From positions 1 through 64,000 of IMG/VR virus record IMGVR_UViG_3300023174_003154: a stretch of 64,000 bases of DNA; one strand, 5' to 3'. Positions 47,123 to 57,268 of the stretch are shown piece after piece (within the stretch, counting starts at the first letter, position 1; every line of letters begins with the position of its first letter). Under the pieces are notes generated by a model that did no database searches, was not told where the DNA came from, and saw only the letters and a program-made list of their open reading frames with translations. Source of the stretch: a virus. A program made the position numbers and the translations under genes.

Positions 47123-49858
47123 ATGGCACTATTACGCTCCGAAACACGAATATACGGTAATGCTACAGTCGATACTTTCTTAAAGATTGACGGTAACAAT
47201 ACCGCTTTTCCTGCCACAAGTAATAGTACAGGGGCATTAAGAGTTGCTGGTGGTATTGGCGTAAAAGGTAATGTATTCAGTAGTGGAAACATTACTGCAT
47301 TGAACGCAGACCTTGGTAATTTAGTAGTAGCAAACTATGTTACTGGAACATTAACAACAGCAAATCAATACAACATTACTAATGTAGGAACATTGGGTAA
47401 TGTAACAGTCACAAACAGTGCCAACGTAGGTACATTAAACTCAGTAGATGGTGTATTTACTGGTAATTTAACAGTAAGTGGAAATTTTGTATACGCAAAC
47501 GTATTAACGTTAAACATCAAAGACCCTATAATTGAACAGGGTGGCATCACTGATGGATCTCCATTAACGACAGATGATAACAAAGACCGTGGTTCATTAC
47601 TTCATTACTATGATGGTACAGCAATTGATGCGTTCATGGGTTGGGATAATAGCAATTCTGAATTTGCATTTGGTAGCAATGTAAGCGTTTCCGGTGAAGT
47701 AGTTACATTCAATTCATATGGTAACATTAGAGCAAATTACTTTTTAGGAAATACACTAGGTTCTTCCGAAACTGCATCAACCGTAACAGGAAATGCACAA
47801 CCAAACATTACAAGTGTTGGTACATTAAATTACTTAAATGTATCTAATCTTAATGGCGGTAACGGAACAGTTACTGCTAACTATTTTACTGGTATAGTAA
47901 CTACCAGTTATCAACCAAATATTAATAGTTTAGGTGTATTATCTAATTTAACAGTCACTGGCCCTGTTAACTTAGGTAATGTAGCTAATCTAACTGTCTA
48001 TGGCGGTAGTGTTGGGCAATATTTAAAAACAGATGGCAATGGTACTTTATCTTGGTCAACTGTAACAGCCGGTAATGCAAACATATCCGGTAGCAATACA
48101 CAGTTATTTTTCAATGATGCTAATAGTAATACATTAGGTACGAGTGCAAACTTAACATTCAATAAGTCATCAAATACGCTTACTGTTGATAGTATTGTTG
48201 CTAATGGATCATTACTAACTAATATCAATGGTTCAAATATAGTAGGTAATGTTGCTAGTGCAGTACAATCTCACTATGCTAATATCGCTAACTCAGTTAC
48301 ATTTGCTAATGTTTCAAATACACCAACATCAATTAGTGGGTATGGTATTACTGATGCATATAGTAATACAAATACTGCCTCATACTTAACAACATACACA
48401 GGTAATTTAACAGCAGGAAATGCTAATTTAGGTAATGCAGTTGTTGCAAACTATTTTGTTGGTAATGGTAGTCAATTAACTGGAGTGGCAGCATCATCAG
48501 CATCATCCGCAAATACTGCTGGTACAGTAACAACAAATGCACAACCTAATATTACAAGTGTTGGGACACTAACAAGTTTAAATGTTTCGGGAAATGTTAA
48601 TTTCACTGGTCCTAATGTAAGTTTGGGTAATATTAGTAATCTACATATTACAGGTGGTACAGCAAATTATGTACTACAAACAGATGGGTCGGGTAATTTA
48701 GCTTGGGTAAGCGCAGGAACTGCACTTGCACAGGCAGGTGGTATTAATATTATATCAAATATTTCTAATGTTATTGCAGGATCGTCACTTGACTTTACTG
48801 TTAGTTATGCTGATCCGGCATACCCGGGTGGAACTTTCTATTTAGATTCTGCAGGACCGGTATCATTCACAACTACAGACGCATGGTCAACTGGTGGATT
48901 GAGTAAAAATGCATATGCTAATTATATTGCCGGTACAGTTAATACAGCAAACGCATCAATCACTCTGACACTTGCTAATGCAACATTTAATATTCAATCA
49001 AGTGATACTATCACTATTGGTGGAAGTTCAGTAACAGGGGCAAATCTTACTGGATTAGGTATTACTGGCACAGGCGGCACTTACACGATTCCTAATACAT
49101 ATTTAAATGCTAACGTACAGACAAATGCAACTAACAGCGTAACTACAAGTTTAACAACAAGTCGAGGTGTAAAAACATCATCTGGTTCTACACTTACGAA
49201 TAATCAACCAGTACCGTTCAACGTGACTGCACTAAGTGGGTCATTTGGTAGTGCAACAGTTCCATATTGGAGCTTGAATCAAACATTCAACTGGAATGCA
49301 TCTACAACATCTGGCGCAACAGTTTCAAGCGGTAACGTCACTTATGCCAATACAGCTAATAGTATTTCTGGGACATTGACAAGTATAGGTGCAACAAGTG
49401 GAACAAGTTCTTCATTGGACAGTACTATGAATTATACTATCACTTCTAGTGATTATTTTGGTTCTGGAGCATTTGGTGCAGGCAGTAGAACAATGACTGC
49501 AACTGTAAATGGTACAGTAACTGCGGCAACTAAATATTATCCATTGTTCTATCAAATTACATCTAATAGTACAGTTCCTTCATTTACTACAAGCACTACT
49601 CGTTTATCAGTCAATGTTGCAGTAGGAACATCTGCAACATCGTCTGGCACAGCAAGTAATTATTTGTGGATGGCAACACCATCTACAAACACCGGAACTT
49701 TATCTGGGGCAAATCGAACATTTAAGCACATATTTTTAGGGTCAGATATTATTGATACTCCTGATGTAACAAGCAGTACAACAATTTCCGGACAACCTTA
49801 TAATATATACGGCTTTACTAATTTTAGTACAGCAACAGCAATATTGGTAACGGGGTAA
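47123..49858 (+). CDS. Fibre-like virion protein
   Basis: GALRVAGGIGV, DRGSLLHYY module, AQPNITSVGTL repeats. Confidence 0.65.
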   Translation: MALLRSETRIYGNATVDTFLKIDGNNTAFPATSNSTGALRVAGGIGVKGNVFSSGNITALNADLGNLVVANYVTGTLTTANQYNITNVGTLGNVTVTNSANVGTLNSVDGVFTGNLTVSGNFVYANVLTLNIKDPIIEQGGITDGSPLTTDDNKDRGSLLHYYDGTAIDAFMGWDNSNSEFAFGSNVSVSGEVVTFNSYGNIRANYFLGNTLGSSETASTVTGNAQPNITSVGTLNYLNVSNLNGGNGTVTANYFTGIVTTSYQPNINSLGVLSNLTVTGPVNLGNVANLTVYGGSVGQYLKTDGNGTLSWSTVTAGNANISGSNTQLFFNDANSNTLGTSANLTFNKSSNTLTVDSIVANGSLLTNINGSNIVGNVASAVQSHYANIANSVTFANVSNTPTSISGYGITDAYSNTNTASYLTTYTGNLTAGNANLGNAVVANYFVGNGSQLTGVAASSASSANTAGTVTTNAQPNITSVGTLTSLNVSGNVNFTGPNVSLGNISNLHITGGTANYVLQTDGSGNLAWVSAGTALAQAGGINIISNISNVIAGSSLDFTVSYADPAYPGGTFYLDSAGPVSFTTTDAWSTGGLSKNAYANYIAGTVNTANASITLTLANATFNIQSSDTITIGGSSVTGANLTGLGITGTGGTYTIPNTYLNANVQTNATNSVTTSLTTSRGVKTSSGSTLTNNQPVPFNVTALSGSFGSATVPYWSLNQTFNWNASTTSGATVSSGNVTYANTANSISGTLTSIGATSGTSSSLDSTMNYTITSSDYFGSGAFGAGSRTMTATVNGTVTAATKYYPLFYQITSNSTVPSFTTSTTRLSVNVAVGTSATSSGTASNYLWMATPSTNTGTLSGANRTFKHIFLGSDIIDTPDVTSSTTISGQPYNIYGFTNFSTATAILVTG

Positions 49859-49859
49859 T

Positions 49860-51458
49860 ATGGCATCATTAACGTTCCCCTCACCAACGCAACTGAAGAA
49901 TATTTCTGACCCTTCAGCTAATTCAGATGCGGCTACAAAATATTATGTAGACACGCAACTTACGAGTGGAGCCGCTGTAGCAAACGCAGCCGGTAGTAAT
50001 ACACAAGTACAATTTAATAACGCTAATGTATTAGGTGCAAGTGCTAATTTTACATTCAATAGCGCAACTAGCCTACTAACAGTCACCGGTAACATTGTAT
50101 CATCTAATGCTAACTTAGGCAATGCAGTTACTGCTAATTACTTTATTGGTACATTAACAACAGCTATACAACCTAATATTACCTCAGTTGGTACATTAAG
50201 TAATTTAGCAGTAACCGGTGATATATCTGGCGGTAACTTAACGTTAACAGGTAACTTACTAGTCGGCGGTACATTAACTACAGTAAATTCTACAACCACA
50301 CGTGTAGTTGACCCAATAATGGAACAAGGCGGTGGCGCAAATGGCGCGGCACTAAGTTCTAATGATGGTAAAGATCGCGGTACATTATTACATTATTATA
50401 GTGGTAGTAGTGCAGTTGATGCGTTTATGGGTTGGGATAATTCAAATGCAGAGTTTGCATTTGGTAGTAACGTTACAGTAGCTAGTGAAGTCGTAACATT
50501 TAATACATTTGGTAATATACGTGCAGGTAATGCTGTATTCAGCAATACAGTAACTGCTAACTACTTCACCGGTACATTAACAACAGCATCTCAACCTAAC
50601 ATTACTTCAGTTGGTACATTAACTAGTTTATCAGTTACCGGTAATATATCTGCTGGAAATGCTAGTTTAGGCAATTTAGTAACCGCAAATTATTTTAGCG
50701 GTGATGGTAGTTTATTAACTGGTATTACTGGTTCTTATAGCAATACAAATGTATCCTCTTATCTATCAACATATACCGGCAATCTGTCTGCAAGCAATGT
50801 ATCATTTACTGGTGCAAATGTAAGTTTAGGTAGTGTCAGCAATCTACACATTGACGGCGGAACAAGTGGTTATTTCTTAACAACAGATGGCTCAGGTGGA
50901 TTGAGTTGGGCAGCACAAACTGCACTAACTGCCACTGTAGATGAGTTTACTGCTAACGGTACATATACTACATTTACATTATCTACTACACCGTCAAGTG
51001 AAAATGTTACAATGGTTGCCGTTCAGGGTGTATTGCAACCTAAATCGTCTTATTCATTAATGGGACCTCAACTAACATTTGACGCACCTCCCCCGGCATC
51101 AGCGTTTATTGAAGTAACAACATTTAGTGGTGGCGCAGGCGGAGCTGGTGGTGGCGGTAGTTCTGCACTAACTTGGAATATTGCAAGTAGTAATGCTACT
51201 ATGAGTGCAAATAATGGATATTTTGTTGATACATCAAGTGCCGCAAAGACAATGACATTACCAAGTAGTGCAACATTAGGTGATACTATTCGTATCAATG
51301 ATTTAGCTGGAACATTTAATACAAACAATTTAACAGTAGCACGAAATGGTCATAAGATTCAGGGTGTTGCACAAGATTTATTAGTAGATACGGATCAAAG
51401 TAGTTTTGGTTTAGTATACAGTAACAGCACATATGGCTGGAAAGTATTGGAGTTATAA
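49860..51458 (+). CDS. Fibre-like protein with a C-terminal module resembling T4 gp9/gp10/gp34-type beta-sandwich repeats
   Basis: DAATKYYVD start; C-terminal YFVDTS...TLPSSATLGDTIRINDLAG...LVYSNSTYGW. Confidence 0.6.
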   Translation: MASLTFPSPTQLKNISDPSANSDAATKYYVDTQLTSGAAVANAAGSNTQVQFNNANVLGASANFTFNSATSLLTVTGNIVSSNANLGNAVTANYFIGTLTTAIQPNITSVGTLSNLAVTGDISGGNLTLTGNLLVGGTLTTVNSTTTRVVDPIMEQGGGANGAALSSNDGKDRGTLLHYYSGSSAVDAFMGWDNSNAEFAFGSNVTVASEVVTFNTFGNIRAGNAVFSNTVTANYFTGTLTTASQPNITSVGTLTSLSVTGNISAGNASLGNLVTANYFSGDGSLLTGITGSYSNTNVSSYLSTYTGNLSASNVSFTGANVSLGSVSNLHIDGGTSGYFLTTDGSGGLSWAAQTALTATVDEFTANGTYTTFTLSTTPSSENVTMVAVQGVLQPKSSYSLMGPQLTFDAPPPASAFIEVTTFSGGAGGAGGGGSSALTWNIASSNATMSANNGYFVDTSSAAKTMTLPSSATLGDTIRINDLAGTFNTNNLTVARNGHKIQGVAQDLLVDTDQSSFGLVYSNSTYGWKVLEL

Positions 51459-52609
51459 TGGCAACAACAAGTTTAAAATCAGTTAAAGCGACTGCACTTT
51501 CTCCTGTTATAACTATTGCAGGAGTCTCATCAAGTCCTAAAATAACAAGTTTAACTTATCCTAATAACAGTGGTAATGGCGGCACACCTGCAGGTAGTGA
51601 AACAATTACAATCACCGGAAGCGGATTTAATACTGGTGCAACAGTTTATGTTGATACTATAAGTTGTTCAACCACCTATGTAAGTGCAACTAGTGTAACA
51701 TTTACTAGTCCTGCAAAATCGTCAGGATCATATCATATATTTGTTTATAATACTGATGGTACTTTTGCAATGAAACCTGCAGGAATGTATTATGTTCCTG
51801 GAGCACCATCAACAGTTGAATACCTAGTAGTTGCAGGTGGCGGTGGTGGTTCTGGTGGTGCTAACGGTGGTTCTGGTGGAGGTGCTGGTGGCTATAGAAC
51901 TAATACAGGATTTGCAATAAGTTCCGGAGTAGCAATTACTGTTACAGTTGGTGCCGGCGGTGCAGGAGCCTCAGCTTCAAATGCTTCCGTAGGTTCCAAT
52001 AGCGTATTTGATACTATAACAAGTTCAGGCGGAGGTAGAGGCACAATTGGAGCAGCCGGCGGTAGTGGTGGTAGTGGTGCAGGTGCACCAGCATCAAGTA
52101 ATAGTTATGGCGGCGGTTCTGGAAATCTAGGTGGATATACACCAGTAGAAGGATATGCAGGCGGCGCCAATAGTACAGGTTATCCGTATCCTGGTGGCGG
52201 TGGTGGTGGCGCCGGCGGTTTAGGTGGTAGTGGTGGGGGTAGCCAATCAGGAGCCGGCGGTATTGGACGAGCAAGTGCTATTTCAGGATCATCAGTAGAT
52301 TATGCTGGTGGAGGTGGAGGTGGAGGAACAGGTCAAGGTGCAACCGCAGGCAGTGCTAGCTTTGGCGGTGGCGCAGGTGGCGGTGGAAATTCTAACGGTA
52401 CTAGTGCTACTGTAAATACCGGTGGTGGCGGTGGTGGTGCTGGCAATAGTTCTGGAAACACCGGTGGTACTGGTGGTTCCGGTGTAGTAATCATTCGCTA
52501 TTCAGATGCATATTCAGCCGCAGTGACAACAACAGGTAGTCCAACCATAACAGTTGCTGGTGGCTATAGAGTATACAAATTTACTGCATCAGGCAGTATA
52601 ACATTCTAA
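51458..52609 (+). CDS. IPT/TIG domain plus glycine-rich (polyglycine) adhesin-like protein
   Basis: ETITITGSGF...TFTSPA...VYNTDG; VEYLVVAGGGGG...GGSGVVIIRY...YRVYKFTASGSITF. Confidence 0.7.
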   Translation: MATTSLKSVKATALSPVITIAGVSSSPKITSLTYPNNSGNGGTPAGSETITITGSGFNTGATVYVDTISCSTTYVSATSVTFTSPAKSSGSYHIFVYNTDGTFAMKPAGMYYVPGAPSTVEYLVVAGGGGGSGGANGGSGGGAGGYRTNTGFAISSGVAITVTVGAGGAGASASNASVGSNSVFDTITSSGGGRGTIGAAGGSGGSGAGAPASSNSYGGGSGNLGGYTPVEGYAGGANSTGYPYPGGGGGGAGGLGGSGGGSQSGAGGIGRASAISGSSVDYAGGGGGGGTGQGATAGSASFGGGAGGGGNSNGTSATVNTGGGGGGAGNSSGNTGGTGGSGVVIIRYSDAYSAAVTTTGSPTITVAGGYRVYKFTASGSITF

Positions 52610-52618
52610 GAGAACAAC

Positions 52619-53797
52619 ATGGAATTCAATAACATTACATTCTCTAATTTAACTGTACTACCCCCTCCACCTATATATACTTTTGGTACAATACCAAGTA
52701 GCATCGATGAAGGTTCATCTGGAACTTTCAATGTTATAACTTATAATGAAGTACCAAACGGTACTACTTTGTATTGGACTATTGATAATGTTTCAACTGC
52801 TAATGCTGATTTTTTAGCATCATCCGGATCATTTACTATTACCAATAATGCAGGTTTATTTTCAATTACTCCAACCACTGACTTATTAACTGAAGGTAGT
52901 CAAACATTTACAGTTTCTATAAGAACAATCTCTGTTTCAGGTAATGTAGTTGTAACAAGTAGTTCAGTTGCAGTAAATGATATTAGTACTACTCCTGCAT
53001 CAGTTGCAGGTTTGTATTTAGTAGTCGCTGGTGGCGGCGCAGGCGGAATAAGTGGAGCGTCAACTAATTATGGAGGTGGCGGCGGAGCCGGTGGTGTATT
53101 AACTGGTGCTGATCTTAGCATTGATTCAGGAAATTCTTACACAATTACTGTTGGTGGCGGTGGTGCATCAGTTGCGGCAAACGGCAGTAATTCAATATTA
53201 TCCGGTGCTGGATTTGCGACAAAGACTGCAATAGGTGGCGGTGGAGGTGGATTGACTTCAACTTCAGGTGGAAATGGTAAAGCAGGTGGTTCAGGTGGTG
53301 GTGCATCATTTAATTCAGGCTTTGTTGGTGGTTCAGGAACTGCTGGCCCTCCAAGACAAGGTTATGACGGTGGCGGACCTGGAGGCGGAGCCGTTGCAAG
53401 AACTGCTTCTGCTGGTGGAGGTGGCGGAGCTACCCAAGCAGGAACTAAAGGTAGAGGGGGTTTTGGTGGTAATGGCGGTAATGGATATTTATGGGTAGAC
53501 GGCAATTATTATGGCGGCGGCGGCGGTGGTGCATCAGCACTTGGTAAAACAACTTATGCTTCCGGCGGCCTTGGCGGCGGCGGCCAAGGGTCGATCGGAG
53601 GAGTAGGTGAGGTTGCAGGTACTTCAAACACCGGTGGTGGCGGTGGCAATCAGACTACTGGAGGTAGTGGAGTTGTAATTATTCGTTATGTAGACTCATT
53701 CCCAGCCGCATCATCAACAACAGGAAGTCCAACATACACTGTGTCAGGTGGATATAGGACATATAAATACACTGCATCAGGCAGTATAACATTTTAA
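52619..53797 (+). CDS. Calx-beta/Ig-like domain plus glycine-rich adhesin-like protein
   Basis: SIDEGSSGTF...TLYWTI...DLLTEGSQTFTVSIR followed by the same Gly-rich domain. Confidence 0.65.
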   Translation: MEFNNITFSNLTVLPPPPIYTFGTIPSSIDEGSSGTFNVITYNEVPNGTTLYWTIDNVSTANADFLASSGSFTITNNAGLFSITPTTDLLTEGSQTFTVSIRTISVSGNVVVTSSSVAVNDISTTPASVAGLYLVVAGGGAGGISGASTNYGGGGGAGGVLTGADLSIDSGNSYTITVGGGGASVAANGSNSILSGAGFATKTAIGGGGGGLTSTSGGNGKAGGSGGGASFNSGFVGGSGTAGPPRQGYDGGGPGGGAVARTASAGGGGGATQAGTKGRGGFGGNGGNGYLWVDGNYYGGGGGGASALGKTTYASGGLGGGGQGSIGGVGEVAGTSNTGGGGGNQTTGGSGVVIIRYVDSFPAASSTTGSPTYTVSGGYRTYKYTASGSITF

Positions 53798-53818
53798 CAT
53801 TTAACAAGGAGATATAAA

Positions 53819-54172
53819 ATGGCACATTTTGCACAAATCGATGGTAATAACATCGTAACACAAGTTTTAGTAATAGAACAAGACGTAGTTAATACAGGTT
53901 TATTCGGAGAACCAAGTTCTTTCGTACAAACAAGCTATAACACATATGGTGGAGTACATAAATTAGGTGGTACACCATTAAGAAAGAATTACGCTGGTAT
54001 AGGATATACTTACGATTCAGTTCGTGACGCATTCATACCACCAAAACCATACAATAGTTGGGTTTTGAATGAAACTACATGTCTATGGGATGCACCAGTT
54101 GCAATGCCAACAGACGGTAAACATTATTCATGGGATGAAAATTCTACAAATTGGGTAGAAATCACCGAATAA
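53819..54172 (+). CDS. Conserved small phage protein associated with Gly-rich genes (possible chaperone/adaptor)
   Basis: MAHFAQID...QTSYN...RKNYAGIGYTYD..RDAFIPPKPY.SW; strong AAGGAG SD. Confidence 0.6.
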   Translation: MAHFAQIDGNNIVTQVLVIEQDVVNTGLFGEPSSFVQTSYNTYGGVHKLGGTPLRKNYAGIGYTYDSVRDAFIPPKPYNSWVLNETTCLWDAPVAMPTDGKHYSWDENSTNWVEITE

Positions 54173-54215
54173 TTATCGTAACTAAGATAAATACATTCTG
54201 TAAAGGGTATAAACC

Positions 54216-57200
54216 ATGTCATTATTAAAAATTCGCCAATTCAGTATCGATCAAACCGATACATTCACGTTTGCTAACGCTAACGTTACCGGAAACTTAA
54301 TTTCCGGAAATGCTAGTTTAGGCAATCTTGCTTCTGCTAACTTCTTTCAAGGTAATGGTAGCTTATTAACAAGTTTAACTGGTGGCAATGTCACTGGGCA
54401 AGTTGCTAATGCGTTGCTCGCAGGCACTGTTTACACAAATGCACAACCCAACATTACAAGTGTTGGTACCTTGTCAGGTATAACTGCTACCGGAGTTATT
54501 GATTTTATTGGGACTAGTAACGTAAGTTTAGGCAATGTTGCTAATCTAAAGATTACAGGAGGCACTGCTGGACAAGTACTACAATCAAGTGGTAGCGGAG
54601 TAGTAACATGGTATACCCCAACATCTGGTACTGGTAATGCGAATATCAGTGGCAGCAATACTCAAATATTTTTTAATGACAATGGTAGTACAGATTTAGG
54701 CGCAAGTGCAAACTTAACATTTAATAAAGGCACTAAAACTCTTACAGTAGATAATATCACTGCAAACGGTGCAGGTATAACATATATTACTGGCGCTAAT
54801 GTATCAGGTAACGTAACAAGTGCAGTACAAGCACATTATGCTAATATTGCTAACTCAGTAACTGGCGCTAATGTATCAGGTAACGTAACAAGTGCAGTAC
54901 AAGCACATTATGCTAATATTGCTAACTCAGTAGCCGGTGCTAATGTATCCGGTAATGTTACATGGGCAATAACTTCTAATTATGCTAATACAGCTAATAG
55001 TGTTTCTGGAACTAATGTATCAGGTAACGTTGCATACGCAGTAACAAGTAATTGGGCTAATATTGCTAATTCAGTAACAGGTGCTAATGTAACCGGTGAA
55101 GTTGCGTATGCAAATACAGCAAATAATGTTGCGGGCTCTAACGTATCAGGTAATGTAAACTGGGCAATAACTTCTAATTATGCTAATACAGCTAATAGTG
55201 TTTCTGGAACTAATGTATCAGGTAACGTTGCATACGCAGTAACAAGTAATTGGGCTAATATTGCTAATTCAGTAACAGGTGCTAACGTATCGGGTAATGT
55301 TGCATGGGCTTTAACTTCTAATTACGCAAACACAGCTAATGCAGTAGCAGGTGCTAACGTATCAGGTAACGTAAACTGGGCTATCACTAGTAATTACGCA
55401 AATACAGCAAACGCTGTAGCCGGTGCTAACGTTAGTGGTAATGTAGCATATGCAGTAACAAGTAACTATGCTAATACAGCAAACGCAGTTTCTTGGAATA
55501 ACGTATCAGGTACACCAAATACAATCAGTGGTTATGGCATCACAGACGCATATAGTAATTCAAATGCAGGGGCATATTTATCAACACATTCCGGCGATTT
55601 AGCTGGAGCTAATTTAACATTGACTGGCAACTTAATTATCAGTGGAACAACAACGTCAGTTAATTCAACTGTAACACGTGTAGTCGATCCACTCTTTGAA
55701 TTAGGCGGTGGTGCAAACGGTGCGGCATTATCAGCAGATGATAATAAAGACAGAGGTTTAATACTACACTATTACAACGGCGGTGTAGTTGATGCATTCA
55801 TGGGTTGGGATGATTCTAATGTAGAATTCGTACTAGCAAGTAATGTGTCAGTACTAAATGAAGTAGTAACATATAATACATTTGGTAACTTACGTTTAGA
55901 AAATATTTTTGCTAATAACGCTAACTTTGGTGGTGTTGTTTTTGCTAATGGTAACATTTCAACATCAGGTAGTTTTACTGGTAATTTAATTGGTAACGTT
56001 CAGGGTAATATTTCTGGTACAGTTACTGTTACCGGTGGCGCAGGTGCATTGCAATTCTCAAATGCGGCAAATGCATTGACATCGACGGCAAATTTAAACT
56101 TTGACACTGCAACAAACACATTGACTGCAAATTACTTTAAGGGTGATGGCAGTAAACTAACAAGTATTACTGGTGCTAATGTTACAGGTAATGTACCCTT
56201 TGCTGGTACAGCAAATTATGCAAATACTGCTAATTCAATTGACGGTGCTAATGTTTCTGGTAATGTAAACTGGGCTATCACTTCTAATTATGCAAACACT
56301 GCAAATGCAGTAGCAGGTGCTAATGTTTCAGGTAATGTAAGTTGGGCAATTACAAGTAATTACGCAAACACAGCGAATGCAGTAGCAGGTGCTAATGTAT
56401 CAGGTCAAGTAGGTAACGCATTAATCGCTGGAACTGTATATACAAATGCACAACCAAATATCACATCAGTTGGTACATTAACAAGTTTAGCAGTATCAGG
56501 TACAACTAACTTAGGTGCTGTGGGTAATGTAACTATCACCGGTGGTTCAGCAGACTATTATCTTAAAACAAACGGCAGCGGCACATTAAGTTGGGCAGCA
56601 GTTCCAACTACAACATTGAATGTAGATACGTTTACCGGTGATGGTAGTTGGACAATGAAAACATTGACAGCAACACCAACAAGTATTAATTATACACTTG
56701 TTGCAATTGGTGGTGTCTTTCAACCAAGAGATGCATATTCGTTATCAACAAATGTTGTAACATTTGATGATCCTCCCCCAAATGGCGCTATTGTTGAAAT
56801 TACAACAATAGTAGCCGGCGCAGGTGGCGGCGGCGGTGGCGGTGCGAGTGTATTAGATGATTTGACTGATGTAACTATAACTAGCCCTGCAACTAATCAA
56901 GTATTGAAATACAATGGTAGTGCTTGGGTAAATGGTACAGGTGGTGCAAGTTGGACATATTCAGCAGTAAGTGCAAATACAACTGCGGTTGCTGGTTATA
57001 GATATATTGTTGATACATCTACTGCTAATATAACAATTACATTACCGGCATCAGCTACATTGGGTGATGAAGTTATGATTATTGATGGTACTGGAAATGC
57101 AAGTTCACATCAAATTACTGTTGACAAGAATGGTCATAGTAAGATTGCAGGTAGTGCTAGCAACATGACAGTAACTACTGACAGAGCCGCATTCACACTA

Positions 57201-57245
57201 GTATATTATAACAGTACACAAGGTTGGATATTGACAAACGTATAA
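54216..57245 (+). CDS. Fibre-like protein with 24-aa tandem repeats and the same C-terminal module as 49860
   Basis: GANVSGNV..A.TSNYANTAN.V repeats; C-terminus homologous to that of 49860. Confidence 0.7.
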   Translation: MSLLKIRQFSIDQTDTFTFANANVTGNLISGNASLGNLASANFFQGNGSLLTSLTGGNVTGQVANALLAGTVYTNAQPNITSVGTLSGITATGVIDFIGTSNVSLGNVANLKITGGTAGQVLQSSGSGVVTWYTPTSGTGNANISGSNTQIFFNDNGSTDLGASANLTFNKGTKTLTVDNITANGAGITYITGANVSGNVTSAVQAHYANIANSVTGANVSGNVTSAVQAHYANIANSVAGANVSGNVTWAITSNYANTANSVSGTNVSGNVAYAVTSNWANIANSVTGANVTGEVAYANTANNVAGSNVSGNVNWAITSNYANTANSVSGTNVSGNVAYAVTSNWANIANSVTGANVSGNVAWALTSNYANTANAVAGANVSGNVNWAITSNYANTANAVAGANVSGNVAYAVTSNYANTANAVSWNNVSGTPNTISGYGITDAYSNSNAGAYLSTHSGDLAGANLTLTGNLIISGTTTSVNSTVTRVVDPLFELGGGANGAALSADDNKDRGLILHYYNGGVVDAFMGWDDSNVEFVLASNVSVLNEVVTYNTFGNLRLENIFANNANFGGVVFANGNISTSGSFTGNLIGNVQGNISGTVTVTGGAGALQFSNAANALTSTANLNFDTATNTLTANYFKGDGSKLTSITGANVTGNVPFAGTANYANTANSIDGANVSGNVNWAITSNYANTANAVAGANVSGNVSWAITSNYANTANAVAGANVSGQVGNALIAGTVYTNAQPNITSVGTLTSLAVSGTTNLGAVGNVTITGGSADYYLKTNGSGTLSWAAVPTTTLNVDTFTGDGSWTMKTLTATPTSINYTLVAIGGVFQPRDAYSLSTNVVTFDDPPPNGAIVEITTIVAGAGGGGGGGASVLDDLTDVTITSPATNQVLKYNGSAWVNGTGGASWTYSAVSANTTAVAGYRYIVDTSTANITITLPASATLGDEVMIIDGTGNASSHQITVDKNGHSKIAGSASNMTVTTDRAAFTLVYYNSTQGWILTNV
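54790..55495 (+). repeat. In-frame 72-bp tandem repeat array with a higher-order 198-bp duplication
   Basis: Identical 72-bp units at 54791 and 54863; identical ~120-bp blocks at 54963 and 55161; a second smaller array at ~56165-56410. Confidence 0.9.
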
Positions 57246-57268
57246 CATAGATAAGGGAAAATATTGCT

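Noticed and set aside
54790-55495. CRISPR-like array
   Set aside because: Repeats are in-frame multiples of 3 inside a long ORF, with no unique spacers and no cas genes.
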